From NCBI GenBank assembly GCA_964035545.1, contig OZ037772.1, forward strand, positions 10,538,818 to 10,602,817: 64,000 nt of DNA, read 5' to 3'. A program made the translations under genes and the position numbers. This DNA comes from Bugula neritina. Taxonomy: Eukaryota; Animalia; Bryozoa. Shown one piece after another: positions 25,529 through 46,000 of this stretch (position 1 is its first letter; every line of letters starts with the position of its first letter). Under the pieces are notes generated by a model that was given only the letters and a program-made list of their open reading frames with translations, did not search any database and was not told the origin of the DNA.

Positions 25529-28500
25529 ATGGCCATGTCTTCCAACTTTATTCTATGGATATTTCTTCTACTCATGATTAAAGGTAAATACTATATTTCA
25601 ACAATTAAAAGCTTATTTAATGCTTCATTACAGATAACAAATAGTTGTACTGATTTGGGATAAAATGTGTTTAAACAATAAATATTTTGATGAATATTGT
25701 TTTTAAAAAAGGTCACATAACCTGCTGGTTAGCTCAATTATAATAATATTTCAACTATACATTTGAATGTTTAGTAATAGAAGTTGCATCAGAAAAGGCA
25801 ATGTGTTTATGCAGGTGAACCTGCATGTCTTGAAAAAAAGTTTATTCATGTGTATTTCATAAAACTTTACTACTGGCTTTTATTTATTTTTGTTACCTAA
25901 TGCAGCTGTTATGAAGAATTTTTAAACAAAAGTCAAATAGAAAGTTTATTTCAAACAGTTCGTTCAGAAATAGCAATTTGAAAATATGGCACTATATTGT
26001 AAACATAACAAACTATATCTTTGCTTTTGTATGAATTAACTGTTATAAGCTGCTATAACTATTTATCATTAAGTTATTAGAATTCTGTAAAATAATTAAT
26101 AGAAGCATGCTATGAGATAAACTGCAACAAAAAAAAATCAATAATATATAGTATGTGTCAAATAATTTAGGTTTCATTCATAATAAAATACTATTAAATT
26201 ATTTCTCATAAAGCTAGGCTATTACACAGAGGATTAGCATTGAAGAATTAAAAACAGATGCCTGCATTTATGATTGTAAAACAACTTTTTCCCCACTGGG
26301 ATTCAAACCAAGACCTCCGGCTTGCAATAGCGGTGCTAATCATTACACCACTGAGACTGCTGGATTAACTCAACACTACAATGATGACTATCACTGGCAC
26401 TTCATATTGCTTAGAAAATGAATATATAACTTTATGTTTTTTTTTACGTAATATGAATCAAAATGATATATTTGTTCACACAGTTTTGAAAAAAAGAGTC
26501 TAATTTGTAAACATATAAAAGCCATTATATACTTTCATCTCAATCTGAATTTAATTTTAATGATAGAAAAACCTAATTTAGCAACATTCATAAGGATTAT
26601 TAATAACTACCAAAAGTATATTGTTTACTGTTCAGTGTACAACTATTCATTAGCATTCTAATGTACGTGTAATCTAAAAGTAAACATAATATGCTCTTCA
26701 GAAGAGATGTTTCAAGTTATTGTATGTTGAAATTCTTTTTGTAGCTGCTGAAAATGTTGCTGCCTCCATTACTGCTGCCCACACTACTGCTGCCCCTACT
26801 GTTGCTCCCCCTACTGTTGCTCCCCCTACTGTTGCTCCCCCTACTGTTGCTCCCACTACTACTGCTCCCCCTATTGTTGCTCCCCCTACTACTGCTCCCC
26901 CTACTACTGCTCCCCCTACTGTTGGCCCCACTACTACTGCTCCCCCTACTGTTGCTCCCCCTACTACTGCTCCCCCTACTGTTGCTCCCCCTACTGTTGC
27001 TCCCCCTACTGTTGCTCCCACTACTACTGCTCCCCCTACTGTTGCTCCCCCTACTACTGCTCCCCCTACTACTGCTCCCCCTACTGTTGCCCCCACTACT
27101 ACTGCTCCCCCTACTGTTGCTCCCACTACTACTGCTCCCCCTACTGTTGCTCCCCCTACTACTGCTCCCACTACTACTGCTCCCCCTACTGTTGCTCCCC
27201 CTACTACTGCTCCCCCTACTGTTGCCTCCACTACTACTGCTCCCCCTACTGTTGCTCCCCCTACTACTGCTCCCCCTACTACTGCTCCCACTACTGTTGC
27301 TCCCCCTACTACTGCTCCCCCTACTGTTGCTCCCACTACTGTTGCTCCCCCTACTGTTGCTCCCACTACTACTGCTCCCCCTACTGTTGCTCCCCCTACT
27401 ACTGCTCCCCCTACTACTGCTCCCCCTACTGTTGCCCCCACTACTACTGCTCCCCCTACTGTTGCTCCCCCTACTACTGCTCCCCCTACTGTTGCTTCCC
27501 CTACTACTGCTCCCACTACTACTGCTCCCCCTACTGTTGCTCCCCCTACTACTGCTCCCCCTACTGTTGCCCCCACTACTACTGCTCCCCCTACTGTTGC
27601 TCCCCCTACTGTTGCCCCCACTACTACTGCTCCCCCTACTGTTGCTCCCCCTACTACTGCTCCCCCTACTACTGCTCCCACTACTGTTGCTCCCCCTACT
27701 ACTGCTCCCACTACTACTGCCCCCACTACTACTGCGACCACTACCACTGCGCCCACTACCACTGCGCCCACTACCGCTGTACCCACTGCTACTGCCTCTA
27801 CTACTCTAAATAAAACTGCTATCACAACCACAGCAAAGAGTTATAAAGAGCCAATCACAGGTCAGTGTAAATATGATAAACCAGTTGATTAAAACTTGTT
27901 AGATACTTTATTTACAACAATATTAAATTCAATTGTCTACTCAATTTTTTTTCTACTTCATATTTTCACACTCTCTGTATACAGTGAAATATACATAAAC
28001 ATGTAAATCTATTAACTTAAGCAGAGTATAACCTTGCAGTAGTGATAAAGCAGAGAAAAGCTCATATCTGTGTATCAATTAATATTCAATACGTAATCAA
28101 TAGCTTAGTGTACTGTTCCAATGTTTATTCATTTTTATGTGTTGTTTTGCAGTTGTTTTTGCAAAGAGAATTGTTTCTGATGCAGCATTCATGTTTCAGG
28201 TGGATATCCGACTGACAACAAAGTGATAATTGGAATTGGCGTATCTATCCTCTGCGTCATAATAATCACAAACATAGTAGTCTGTCTGTTATGTAGAAGG
28301 TGGGTTCAAGGTCATTATTGTTGAAGGCATCATTTATAAGCTTACTCACAAAGTTATTAGAAAGCAGGACATATGTATATATATACATATATTTGTAGAA
28401 AATACATGACTGAATTAACTAATATTAAAAGGCAAGTAGATAGTCTTCACTCACATTCTACAGGTAGAGAAGATAAACAACTGGGGCAGATAATTGGTAA

Positions 28501-30828
28501 TGTTTTATTTCTAGACAAATATTTTCTTTATATATAATAATTTTTTATTGCGATGTATACTTATACACAAACATTACCACTAAGTATAATTATTTTCTCA
28601 TCATATACATATAATAATAAAAGGCTAATTTGTTTGGAGTTTGTGTTTGTCTTTTAAATATCATGAAAAGTTATTTTAATTTTAAATAAATTGTACGTAA
28701 GTTTGGTCCTGAATTGTTAGAAGACTAGTCACATGGAGATAATAATTAATTTTTTTATTCCTATAGCTATTTAATTCTTATAAATTTTCACCATAATTGG
28801 ATTATATAAAATATAAAACTGCAAATATTTAGGTTTGCATGGACAGTGAGAGCCTATTTTGGTTACACGCAATGCTATATAAGATTCTTTTTCGATTTGA
28901 ATTTTCTTTTCAATTTTGCTATATAAGACTACCTTTTAATTTTAGCAAGAATTGTATAAATATTTTTTTAAGGATTTTTAGTCACTATTTCTGTGAGATT
29001 TCTCAATTAAATATAAAGAACTTATTCACATGTGGTACAGGAGCAATTTATATCTGGCTTGATGCTTTTCCTAGTATTACCACCTGTGTTTAAATTCAAA
29101 CTACTGCATGACAACGTGTTTACTATGCCAATACTTTATAGTTCTCTTTTATCATCTCTGCTTCTTTATTATGTAAATATTATTTTTCAATTACTATATA
29201 TAAATATCATATTCCCTAATAAACACTCCTTTTCCAATTACTTTTGAAAAATAATTTCGCCCCCTGGGGTTTGAGACCTCTGGCTTGCAAGCAAGTGCTT
29301 GCTAACCACTACACCACTGGACTATACTGAGTTAACTCAACGCTACAACCAACTATCTAATTGCTGAATTATCAAACTGCTTCTGTTATTTGTCAGGTAA
29401 TGATCAGAATCAATACGAAGCTGTAGATCTAACAGGAGTTGCAGAGTTTCCTGAACATCTAACTGGTGCTTATAGTAATACAAGAGTAGACAAAGATAGA
29501 AGCAAAAACTACGTTAATACAGAGATTCTAAATAACATTCAAGGGTAAACAATTACTATATTTCAATTTATTTAGCTTAAAATTATTACTTGTTTATTTT
29601 GATAAAAAATGGTTTATTGCAAAAAAAAATTTGGTTTAAAATAAAAAAATTTAAATGTAAGAATTTAGTTCTTAACCTATAATAGCTACATAGATTAAAA
29701 ATTAATCCGTCTCTCAAATCTTGCGTTGAGGTGCAATAGAGATTTTATTAGCCTAACTTTGTTAGTGTCTACTACAAACTCAATCATTAAAGCTTCGCAA
29801 ATGGCTTCTCATTGCACTTATGATCAGTAAAATAAACACCAAAAACTTTCATTTATTTCGCTTAAAACTAATCACAGCAACAATCAACAACATGTTAATA
29901 TGGAAAGCAAATACTATTATTTTGCTAAAATTTAATATAATTAACTATTATTTACAAATCTGTGAGTACCAAGTAGTCCTAAAGGAAAGCTAACTTTGTA
30001 AAGGCCTGTCATTACAAAACTTGGAAATCATTTCATATATTATAACAGGAAAACTTTATTTTATGTTTTGTGGCATGTTATTATTATTGTATGTTTATTA
30101 TAGGAATGAAAAAGATCAAAATAAACAAGAGACTTCTGCATATGAGAATGTAGATGTGGTGAAAATGACTGATCCTAATGAATACATTAGTAAGTGGAAG
30201 TCTGTACTGTTGCGTGTATTAACAGCAAAATGTTATCATACTATATTGTATTAGCTATAAAGGCCTATTATTTATTGGCTATATTATACTTAATGTGCTT
30301 TCAAACTGAATATGCTTCCATATAGGCTCAGCAAAAATAATATACATTTAATAGTTTATAGCATGCATTGAAATAGTATTTCATTTTATTGCAAATGTAT
30401 AGGCCATCATGCATCGTTTTGCACTGATGAGGGGACAAATCCTCCCATTGATTAGGTTAACATATATGAATGCTTTTCTAATTGGACAAAGAATCAGTAT
30501 AGTATATACAAACAATAATATTCTCTATACTTCATGTAAGTTAAAGATCCCGCTCTATAATTGTAGTATACTTTCCGATTGCTATGAAACAACAAACTAG
30601 TTATATAGGTCAAAGGTCATTCATTGATGTTTGTTTTGCACAAATATAGTATGGTTTCTTCAAAGCAACTTTTGATTTCTCTTTGATTATGTAATCATCA
30701 CTTGTCTAAATAATGCAAACTGTTTTTTGTCACATGCAGGTATGACAGCCCTAAATACAGAGTTAGATCATACATATTCCTCGTTGAACAATGCCGGCAT
30801 CAATCTACAAGCACATGACCAAATGTAA
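25529..30828 (+). CDS. Receptor cluster gene 3: transmembrane mucin-like protein (~563 aa), 5-aa APPTV/APPTT/APTTT repeats, multi-Tyr tail
   Basis: Exons 25529-25583, 26745-27860, 28200-28299 ([26 protein letters not shown]), 28399-28496, 29397-29544, 30104-30189, 30740-30828. Total 1692 nt, open frame, canonical splice sites. Confidence 0.88.
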
Positions 30829-31244
30829 GCTATTTCATGTTATAAGAAACCACCATAAAAGTGTTTCCATTTTAATGATCAATGAAAGACTTTTGGGTGG
30901 CTTTTTTATCAGCAGTACCTATACTTGTAGACATAGTATACTATTTTGCTAGATTTGTGGTGGAAATAATATGCAGCTATAATACTTGAGATGTGTTTCT
31001 ACAAACGAAACTGTGCTGGCTGTCATATGTAGAAATAAAAGCATTAAAAGTTTTTTTGTAGGTTGAGTAAAATTAATCCGGATTACTTTGCAAAGCCAAA
31101 ATTCATTTTAATATTTTTAGAAGCACTACTTTTGTACTTTTATACTATACTAAGAACATAATTCAAAAATATTAAGTAGTAGTATTTAACTACTGGTTAG
31201 CTATTTCATGCATATTATAATCAAGAAATCATATTATATTACAG

Positions 31245-31387
31245 GTGAGACATCCCCCAATACAGAACAAGCTCATCTATATGTTTCCTTACATTCAAAA
31301 GTTATTCTCAAAATAAAATCGATTGACTCTTTAGCATGCCACAGGCAAGAAATGTATTTTAATAACACAATGACAACTACTACATAA
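31245..31387 (+). CDS. Duplicated/alternative terminal exon of gene 3
   Basis: Same sequence as 22835-22977. Confidence 0.6.
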
Positions 31388-32049
31388 CTAAAAAAGAACA
31401 TATATTATTCATATAAAAATACTTATGTATGTGTGTATCTCAATGAATACACAACTTCAAAGTAAAGGTAAATTGTCTAAATTAATTTGATTGACAATAA
31501 TATTGACATGCAATTAGATCAATTTTTGCAGCAAATTTAATATGAACTGGTTACGAGCAATAAAGTATTTTATTTTGGCATATTTTTTTATAAATCTTTC
31601 TTTCTTTTTATTTGGCATTCATTTTTCAACTCCATTGTATTAAAATGTGCAGTATCTGCAAATAATATTTTTCATATAAACTAACTAATACCATTATATA
31701 TATAGCTACTGTTAAAACCATATTATTAAAATATTATTCTTATTATATTTTAACTAATAAGCAACTTGCAGGTTGTCTACTGTTTATAGATTATTTATTT
31801 TTAGCTACTTGGGATTTGATATTTATAGGACTAAAATACATCAGCATTTCTCTTAAAACTTTGCTTTTCACAAAATTCATAATAACCCAGAAGCCATCAT
31901 TACAATTACTGAGTGATCGCATAATCACATTATGACTGTGTAATATACTTTGGTATTTAACATTATAATTTATAACGGTCAGATATTGCAGAAACGTTTT
32001 TGGTAACTTAACTGCATTTTTGAATTCTTGAGATTATAAAAGCTAATAT

Positions 32050-32455
32050 TGTTGTGAATTTACGCATTCACTAATTACTGGGTACTTATAGCTAATGCAA
32101 CACTGCCAAGTTAGAGTAGAATAATAAAGCGTTTGTTTACACTAAAAGATACGCAAGTAAAACTATACACAAATAATAAAAGCACTACATAATTTCAGAC
32201 AGTATAACGTAAGTCGTAACCTATCTAATTCAATGCCACTGTCCAAGCTTGCTAGCTATTAGCTCTAATTAGTTAGTCTCCTCTTTTGTTCAGAGCGTAC
32301 GTGGGTAGCATAGTAATGTAGACACTGTTAGGCCGAGTTTATTAGAGACGCTACACATTAGGATAACAGAATACTAGCAGGAGAGTTGTCCTTTCAATAT
32401 ACAATGGTAGCACAACTCCTTACGGTAAAATGTACATGGGGACACAACCCTTACA
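32050..32455. mobile_element. Probable solo LTR, copy carried by the tandem duplication
   Basis: Same termini, ATAT flanks and context as 23642-24055. Confidence 0.6.
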
Positions 32456-33599
32456 ATATCTCATCATGGTAATGTTAATTAAATTTGAAGAGTTTTAATT
32501 CACAGATCAATTTTTTTTTGTTTAGAAGAAGAAACAAATTGAAAAAAGAACTAGTACAATGCATTATGGATAACTACTAGATAATGAAATAGGATAACTC
32601 TTTATCTTTATATATAAGTCAATTATAACATGCTCAACATAAATACTATATATAGCAATCTGTTATTATGCAATAAAATGATATAATACAATAACACAAC
32701 CTAATTCTATAACTATAGCACATTTACACATTATTTTGTTTAGATTAGCACAAATTGTCAGGTTTTGAAATAAACAATGATTAACAAATATTTTCTTAAT
32801 AAAGTAAATAAATTTAAAAGCAAAATGGAAGCTCTGGAATAAGATTTTCTCCAAAAAGTGTTAATTGTTTATTTATACATTAGTACGTGGCCTATAATAA
32901 TTTCTAGCAACAATATTAATGCAGTGTATAGTTTAATTAATATCTTATAATAATAATATATATTCTCACCTATCTCCGCTTTGTCCTGTACGGGTGACGA
33001 GTAATTTTTTATATATATATGCCTCTCCGAAATATAGACTGGGTTCATAGCTAGCACATGATATATTACTATCTCGATGTTTATTTTAATGTATTTAAAA
33101 TGCAGAATAGATTATATTATTACAATTTCTATCTGCAGTAAACTACCACCACAATGATATCTGCACTGAATTGAGCATTTTAAAAGGATGACTATATTGC
33201 ATACCAACACTTTATATAATAAGTGCGAATGCTTTGTAATTTAACAATATGTTCAAAAACTCATTAGCTAGTTGGTTGGTTATATACAAAAAAGATTTTT
33301 CATTATGAAAGGGTAACTAGCTTTCAATTTTAATCTATATAGAAACAGCACAAAGAACTTATATATATTATATATATAAAGCAAACATCGAGTGTAACAC
33401 TGAGTGTATACTATAATATGGCATCGTGTATGTACTCTATAGTAGTTGAATACTTCGTATATAGTCATCAGTCAGTTTAGTAGTAGGTTTAGCTCATCAT
33501 TGAAAGCAAATTTGATTTATTAGATCAGATGATTTGAGGTTATATATTTATAAGTAAGAAAAGAAACAGCAAACATCAGTTTTTGAATATACATATACT

Positions 33600-39971
<6,372 letters not shown>

Positions 39972-40391
39972 GCTATTTCATGTTATAAGAAACTACCATA
40001 AAAGTGTTATCTTTTTTAATGATCAATGAAAGACTTTTTGGGCAGCGTTTTTTTAGCAGCAGTACCTCTACTTGTAGACATAATATATTATTTTGCTAGA
40101 TTTGTGGTGGAAATAATATGCAGCTATAATACTTAAGACGTGTTTCTACAAACAAAACTGTGCTGGCTGTCATGTAGAAATAAAAGCATTAAAAGTGTTC
40201 TTGTCGGTTGAGTAAAATTAATCCGGATTACTTTGCAAAGCCAAAACTCATTTTAATACTTTTAGAAGCACTACTCTTGCACTTTTATACTACTAAGAAC
40301 ATAATTGAAAAATATTAAGTGGTAGGTAGTGTTTACTTATTGGTTAGCTATTTATTGCATATTATAATCAAGAAATCATATTATATTACAG

Positions 40392-40471
40392 ATGAGACAA
40401 CCCCCAATACAGAACAAGCTCATCTATATATTTCCTTACATTCAAAAGTTTCTCAAAGTAAAATCGATTGA
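40392..40471 (+). CDS. Duplicated/alternative terminal exon of gene 4 (ETTPNTEQAHLYISLHSKVSQSKID*)
   Basis: Acceptor ttacag, phase 1, Tyr motif kept with a conservative V>I change. Confidence 0.6.
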
Positions 40472-41188
40472 CTCCTTAGCATGCCACAGGCAAGAAATGT
40501 ATTTTAATAACACAATGACAACTATTATATAACTAAAAAGGAATATATATTATTGATATATTTATGTATGTGTACCTCAATGAATACATGACTTCAAAGT
40601 AAAAGTAAATTGTCTAAATTAATTTGATTGACAATATTGACATGCAATTAGATCAATTTTTGCAGCAAATTTAATATGAACTGGTTACGAGCAATAAAGT
40701 ATTTTATTTTGGCATATTTTTTTTATAAATCTTTCTTTCTTTTTATTTGGCATTCATTTTTCAACTTCATCGTATTAAAATATAGGTGCAGTATCCAAAT
40801 AATATTTTTCATATAAACTAACTAACTAACACCATTATATATAGCTACTATTAAAATCATACTATTAGAAAATTAATTTTGTATTTTAACTAATAAACAA
40901 CTTGCAGGTTTTCTACTGTTTATAGACTATTTATTTTTAGCTACTTGGGATTTGATATTTATAAGACTAAAATACATCAGCATTTCTCTTAAAACTTTGC
41001 TTTTCACTAAATTTATAATAACCCAGAAGCCATCATTACAATTACTGAGTGATCGCATAATCATATTATGACTGTGTAATATACTTCGGTTATATTTAAC
41101 ATTATAATTTATAACCGTCAGATATTGCAGAAACTTTTTTGGTAACTTAACTGCATTTTTGAATTCTTGAGATTATAAAAGCTAATAT

Positions 41189-41602
41189 TGTTGTGAATTT
41201 ACACATTCACTTATTACTGGGTACTTATAGCTAATGCAACACTGCCTAGTTAGAGTAGAACAATAAAGCGTTTGTTTACACTAAAAGATACGCAAGTAAA
41301 ACTATACACAAATAATAAAAGCGCTGCATAATATCAGACAGTATAACGCAACCTATCTAATTCAATGCTACTGTCCAACTGCACACTATCCAAGCTTGCT
41401 AACTATTGGCTCTAATTAGTTAGTCTCCTCCTTTGTTCAGAGCGTACATCGGTAGCATAGTAATGTAGACACTGTCAGGCCGAGTGTATTAGAGACCCTA
41501 CACATTAGGATAACAGGATACTAGCAGGAGAGTTGTCCTTTCGATATACAATGGTAGCACAACTCCTTACGGTAAAATGTACATGGGGACACAACCCTTA
41601 CA
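41189..41602. mobile_element. Probable solo LTR, copy carried by the tandem duplication
   Basis: Same termini, ATAT flanks and context as 23642-24055. Confidence 0.6.
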
Positions 41603-42174
41603 ATATCTCATCATGGTAATGTTAATTAAATTTGAAGAGTTTTAATTCACAAATCAATTATCTTTTCTTTAGAAAAAAGAAAAGAATTGAAAAAAAACTA
41701 GTACAATGCATTATAGATAACTACCAGATAATGAAACTTATATAAGATAACTTTTTATATGTAAGTCAATTATAACATACTCAACACAAATACTATAACA
41801 ATACTATAGCAATCTGTTATTATGCAATAAAATGATATTAATACAATAACACAACTTAATTCTATAACTATAGCACATTTACACATTATTTTGTTTAGGT
41901 TAGCACAAATTGTCAAGTTTTGAAATAAACAATGATTTACATCCATTTTCTTAACGAAGTAGGCCTAAATAAATTTAATAGCAAAATGGAAGCTCTGGTA
42001 TATAAGATTTTTTCCAAAAAGTGTTATAATTGTTTATTTATACTGCGTATATTAATTTCTAGCAATAGGATTTATGCAGTGTAGTATGAAATTTCTCATA
42101 TATATACCTTTCCGAAATATAGACTGGGTTCAAAGCTAGCATATGGTCTACTATCCCAATGTTTATTTTAGTTA

Positions 42175-42566
42175 AGCCTAGTGCCACACTGTGCGTATTT
42201 TCGCATTCGAAAATTGATACCACAAGTAGCAAAGGTGTCCACTGCAAAACATTCACACTTGTCGCTCAGCATTCTGAACGCAAGTGCAAATCGTCTCTGT
42301 CGTCGTCACCTAATTGACTGGTAGTTATTTAGTGAGCCCAATTTCCTTATTTTAGTGCTACATTCCAGTAAATTGCGTTTTATTGAAAGCGGTGAGATTT
42401 TAAAATGAAAACTTCATTTATCCCGCACTTGTATAGCCATAGCAACAAGGCGAGCAGTAAAGTTAAACGCAAATATTATTAGCTAGTAGTTTTCTAATCT
42501 CACTGACGCTACAGTGGACACCTTGGCTACTTGTGGTTTCAATTTTGCACAGTGTGGCCCTAGGCT
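42175..42566. mobile_element. Paralogous MITE copy upstream of gene 5
   Basis: Same TIRs and same flanking context as 24638-25021. Confidence 0.8.
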
Positions 42567-43052
42567 TATTTAAAATGCAGAATAGATTATATTATTACAA
42601 TTTCTATCTGCAGTAAACTAGCACCACAATAATATCTGCACTGAATTGAGCATTTCAAAAGGATGACTATATTGCATACCAACACTTTATAATAAGTGAA
42701 TGCTTTGTAAGTTAACAATATGTTCAAAAACTCATTAACTAGTTGGTTGGTTTCATACAAAAAAATTCTTATTATGAATGGGTGACTAGCTTTCAATTTT
42801 AATCTATAGAAACAGCACAAGGAACTTATATATACAAAGCAAACAGCAAGTGTAACACAGAGTGTATACTATATGGCATCGTGTATGTACTAGTAGTTGA
42901 ATATAGTCATCAGTCAGTTTAGTAGTAGCTGGTTTAGCTCTTCATCAAAAGCAAAGGTTTTATTAGATCACATGATTTGATGTTTATACTTTCAAGTAAA
43001 CCAACATAAACAGCAAACACCATTTTGTGAGTTTAAATATTATACTATAGCC

Positions 43053-46000
43053 ATGTCTTCCAACTTTATACTTTGGATATTTCTTACACTAATGATTGGA
43101 GGTAAGTACTGTACATTATATTTTAACAGAAAGCTAATTAAATGGTTTATTACAGGCAATATATAGTTGTATTGATTTGTAAGAGAATGCATTTAAGCAA
43201 TAAATACATGATTATGAAGAATATTTTTTTGAAATGATCATCACATGACGATCATTTGATGTTTAGATATATATAAAGATTTCTTTACTGTTTCATAAAC
43301 AATAACAGTTGAATGTTTAGTATAATTTGATTTACATCACAAAAGCTATTGTGCTGATCCAGTTATAAATTATATTCAAAATTAGTTTATCTATGCTTAT
43401 CTTATATAACTTTCTCTACCCCTCTTTTACTTTAAGATGCTATACTGCAGAGCATTTAGAATAATGCAATTGAAATACTGCCATTTTAAACACTTTGACC
43501 AGAAATTGCCGCATTCGGAAATAAATACAAAAAAGACCCAAAAAAGCATGTCTTTGTTGTGTTTATGCATCAAAAATTGTAAAAGAATATCTAACTATTC
43601 AATTTTGAAAAACATAGGTCAGTAAAACTCTGATGCCGACTATCACTAGTATAATTTGGTCTCATAATGAAATGCTATTGGATCATTACCCATAGGCTAA
43701 ATCATGTATCTAAATATATGTAGACATGCATGTGCTTGCCCAAGTGTGTGTTTTGCAAACGCATTCTAAACGCATTCTAAACACTACTTTGCTTAGACAT
43801 TACAATTTAAGTATGTCACATTTTAGTACCTTAAAAAGCTTTTTTATTAGAAAAAACTATTGTGCTAATGATTTTATAAATAATTAAAAACTATATATGT
43901 CCAAATAACTTTGGTGAACAATTAAAATGATATACATAATATATAGCTTCATGCTCTGATTGCATAAAATAGATCAAAACAATTCTAATTTATGTTGCAT
44001 GATTTTTTGTTCGCAATTTGAAATAATGAAAAAATTTTCAACTGGCTGTCATTCTACCCTCATGCATATAAGTTTTGTTAAAACAACTAAACTTAGCAAC
44101 ACTTTAGTATAGTTTATTCTTCAGCATATATAAGTATAATATATGTTTGCATTTTATTCTGTGATCGAAAAAAAACATCCTCTTTTATAGAATACAATGT
44201 GTTTCAAGTTGTGATATGCTGAAGTTGTTTTTGTAGCAGCCATGAGTATTGTTGATCTTCCCCCAACTACTACTACTGCTGCTACTACCACTACTACTGC
44301 CACTACTACTACTACTCCCACTACTACTACTACTCCCACTACTACTACTACTCCCACTACTACTACTACTGCCACTACTACTACTACTCCCACTACTACT
44401 ACTACTCCCACTACTACTACTACTCCCACTACTACTATTACTCCTACTACTACTACTACTACTCTTACCACTACTACTACTCCTACCACTACTACTACTC
44501 CTACTACTACTACCACTCCTACTACTACTACTCCTACTACTACTACCACTCCTACTACTACTACCACTCCCACTACTACTACTACTCTCACTACTACTAC
44601 TACTCTCACTACTACTACTATTACTACTCCTACGACTACTACTACTCCCACTACTACTACTACTCCCACTACTACTACTACTCCCACTACTACTACTACT
44701 CTCACTACTACTACTACTCCCACTACTACTACTACTCCCACTACTACTACTACTCCCACTACTACTACTACTCCCACTACTACTACTACTCCCACTACTA
44801 CTACTACTCCCACTACTACTACTACTCCCACTACTACTACTACTCTCACTACTACTACTACTCCCACTACTACTACTACTCCCACTACTACTACTACTCC
44901 CACTACTACTACTACTCCCACTACTACTACTACTCCCACTACTACTACTACTCCCACTACTACTACTACTCCCACTACTACTACTACTCCCACTACTACT
45001 ACTACTCCCACTACTACTACTACTCTCACTACTCCCACTACTACTACTCCCACTACTACTACTACTCCCACTACTACTACTACTCCCACTACTACTACTA
45101 CTCCCACTACTACTACTACTCTCACTACTACTACTACTACTCCCACTACTACTACTACTCCCACTACTACTACTACTCCCACTACTACTACTACTCCCAC
45201 TACTACTACTACTCTCACTACTACTACTACTCCCACTACTACTACTACTCCCACTACTACTACTACTCCCACTACTACTACTATTCCCACTTCTACTACT
45301 ACTACTACTACTTCTACTACCACTACCACAACTGAAACAACGAATTTTAAAGAATCAGCTACAGGTTAGTTGAAATGTTATAAAACAGTTAAATAAAACT
45401 TGTTAAATACTATTGACAATAATGTATTTATTAATTTCAACTTAACATTATTTCCATCCATATACTCTCATACTATATTTATGCGGCACAATATGCACAT
45501 AGAATGTAAATGATATAATAAGCAGAGAATTAGCTTGCAGCATTTGTTTATGTCAGTGAGTGTTCCAATGTTTTGTAATTGTTATTGTAATTGTTTGTGG
45601 ATAAACAGATATTGTGATAAGAAAGTTTGGGTTAGTTTCGTGTGATAGGTAATCTTTAATCTGTCTCAAACCATAAGCCAGAGAATGTACTTGTAACCAT
45701 AGAATGAAGATGGGAAGCCAAACATATCAGCGTGTTGGGTTATAACAGTTATAGGTTGAATCGCTACAGAGTATCAGTATTAAGTATTTAGTTGATAGCC
45801 TGAGGTCTAAGTCAATTGTCAGACGCCATCATCAACAGCATTGCTAAAACAGAAAAAAGCTCACATTTGTGTATCAATCACTAAATAATTAATTTGTAAT
45901 CAGAAACAACACATACCTAGTACAGTGTTCTAATGATTATTAATTTCCATGTGTATTATTGCTCAATTCATTTTGCAAAGAGAGTTGTGCCTCATGTTTC

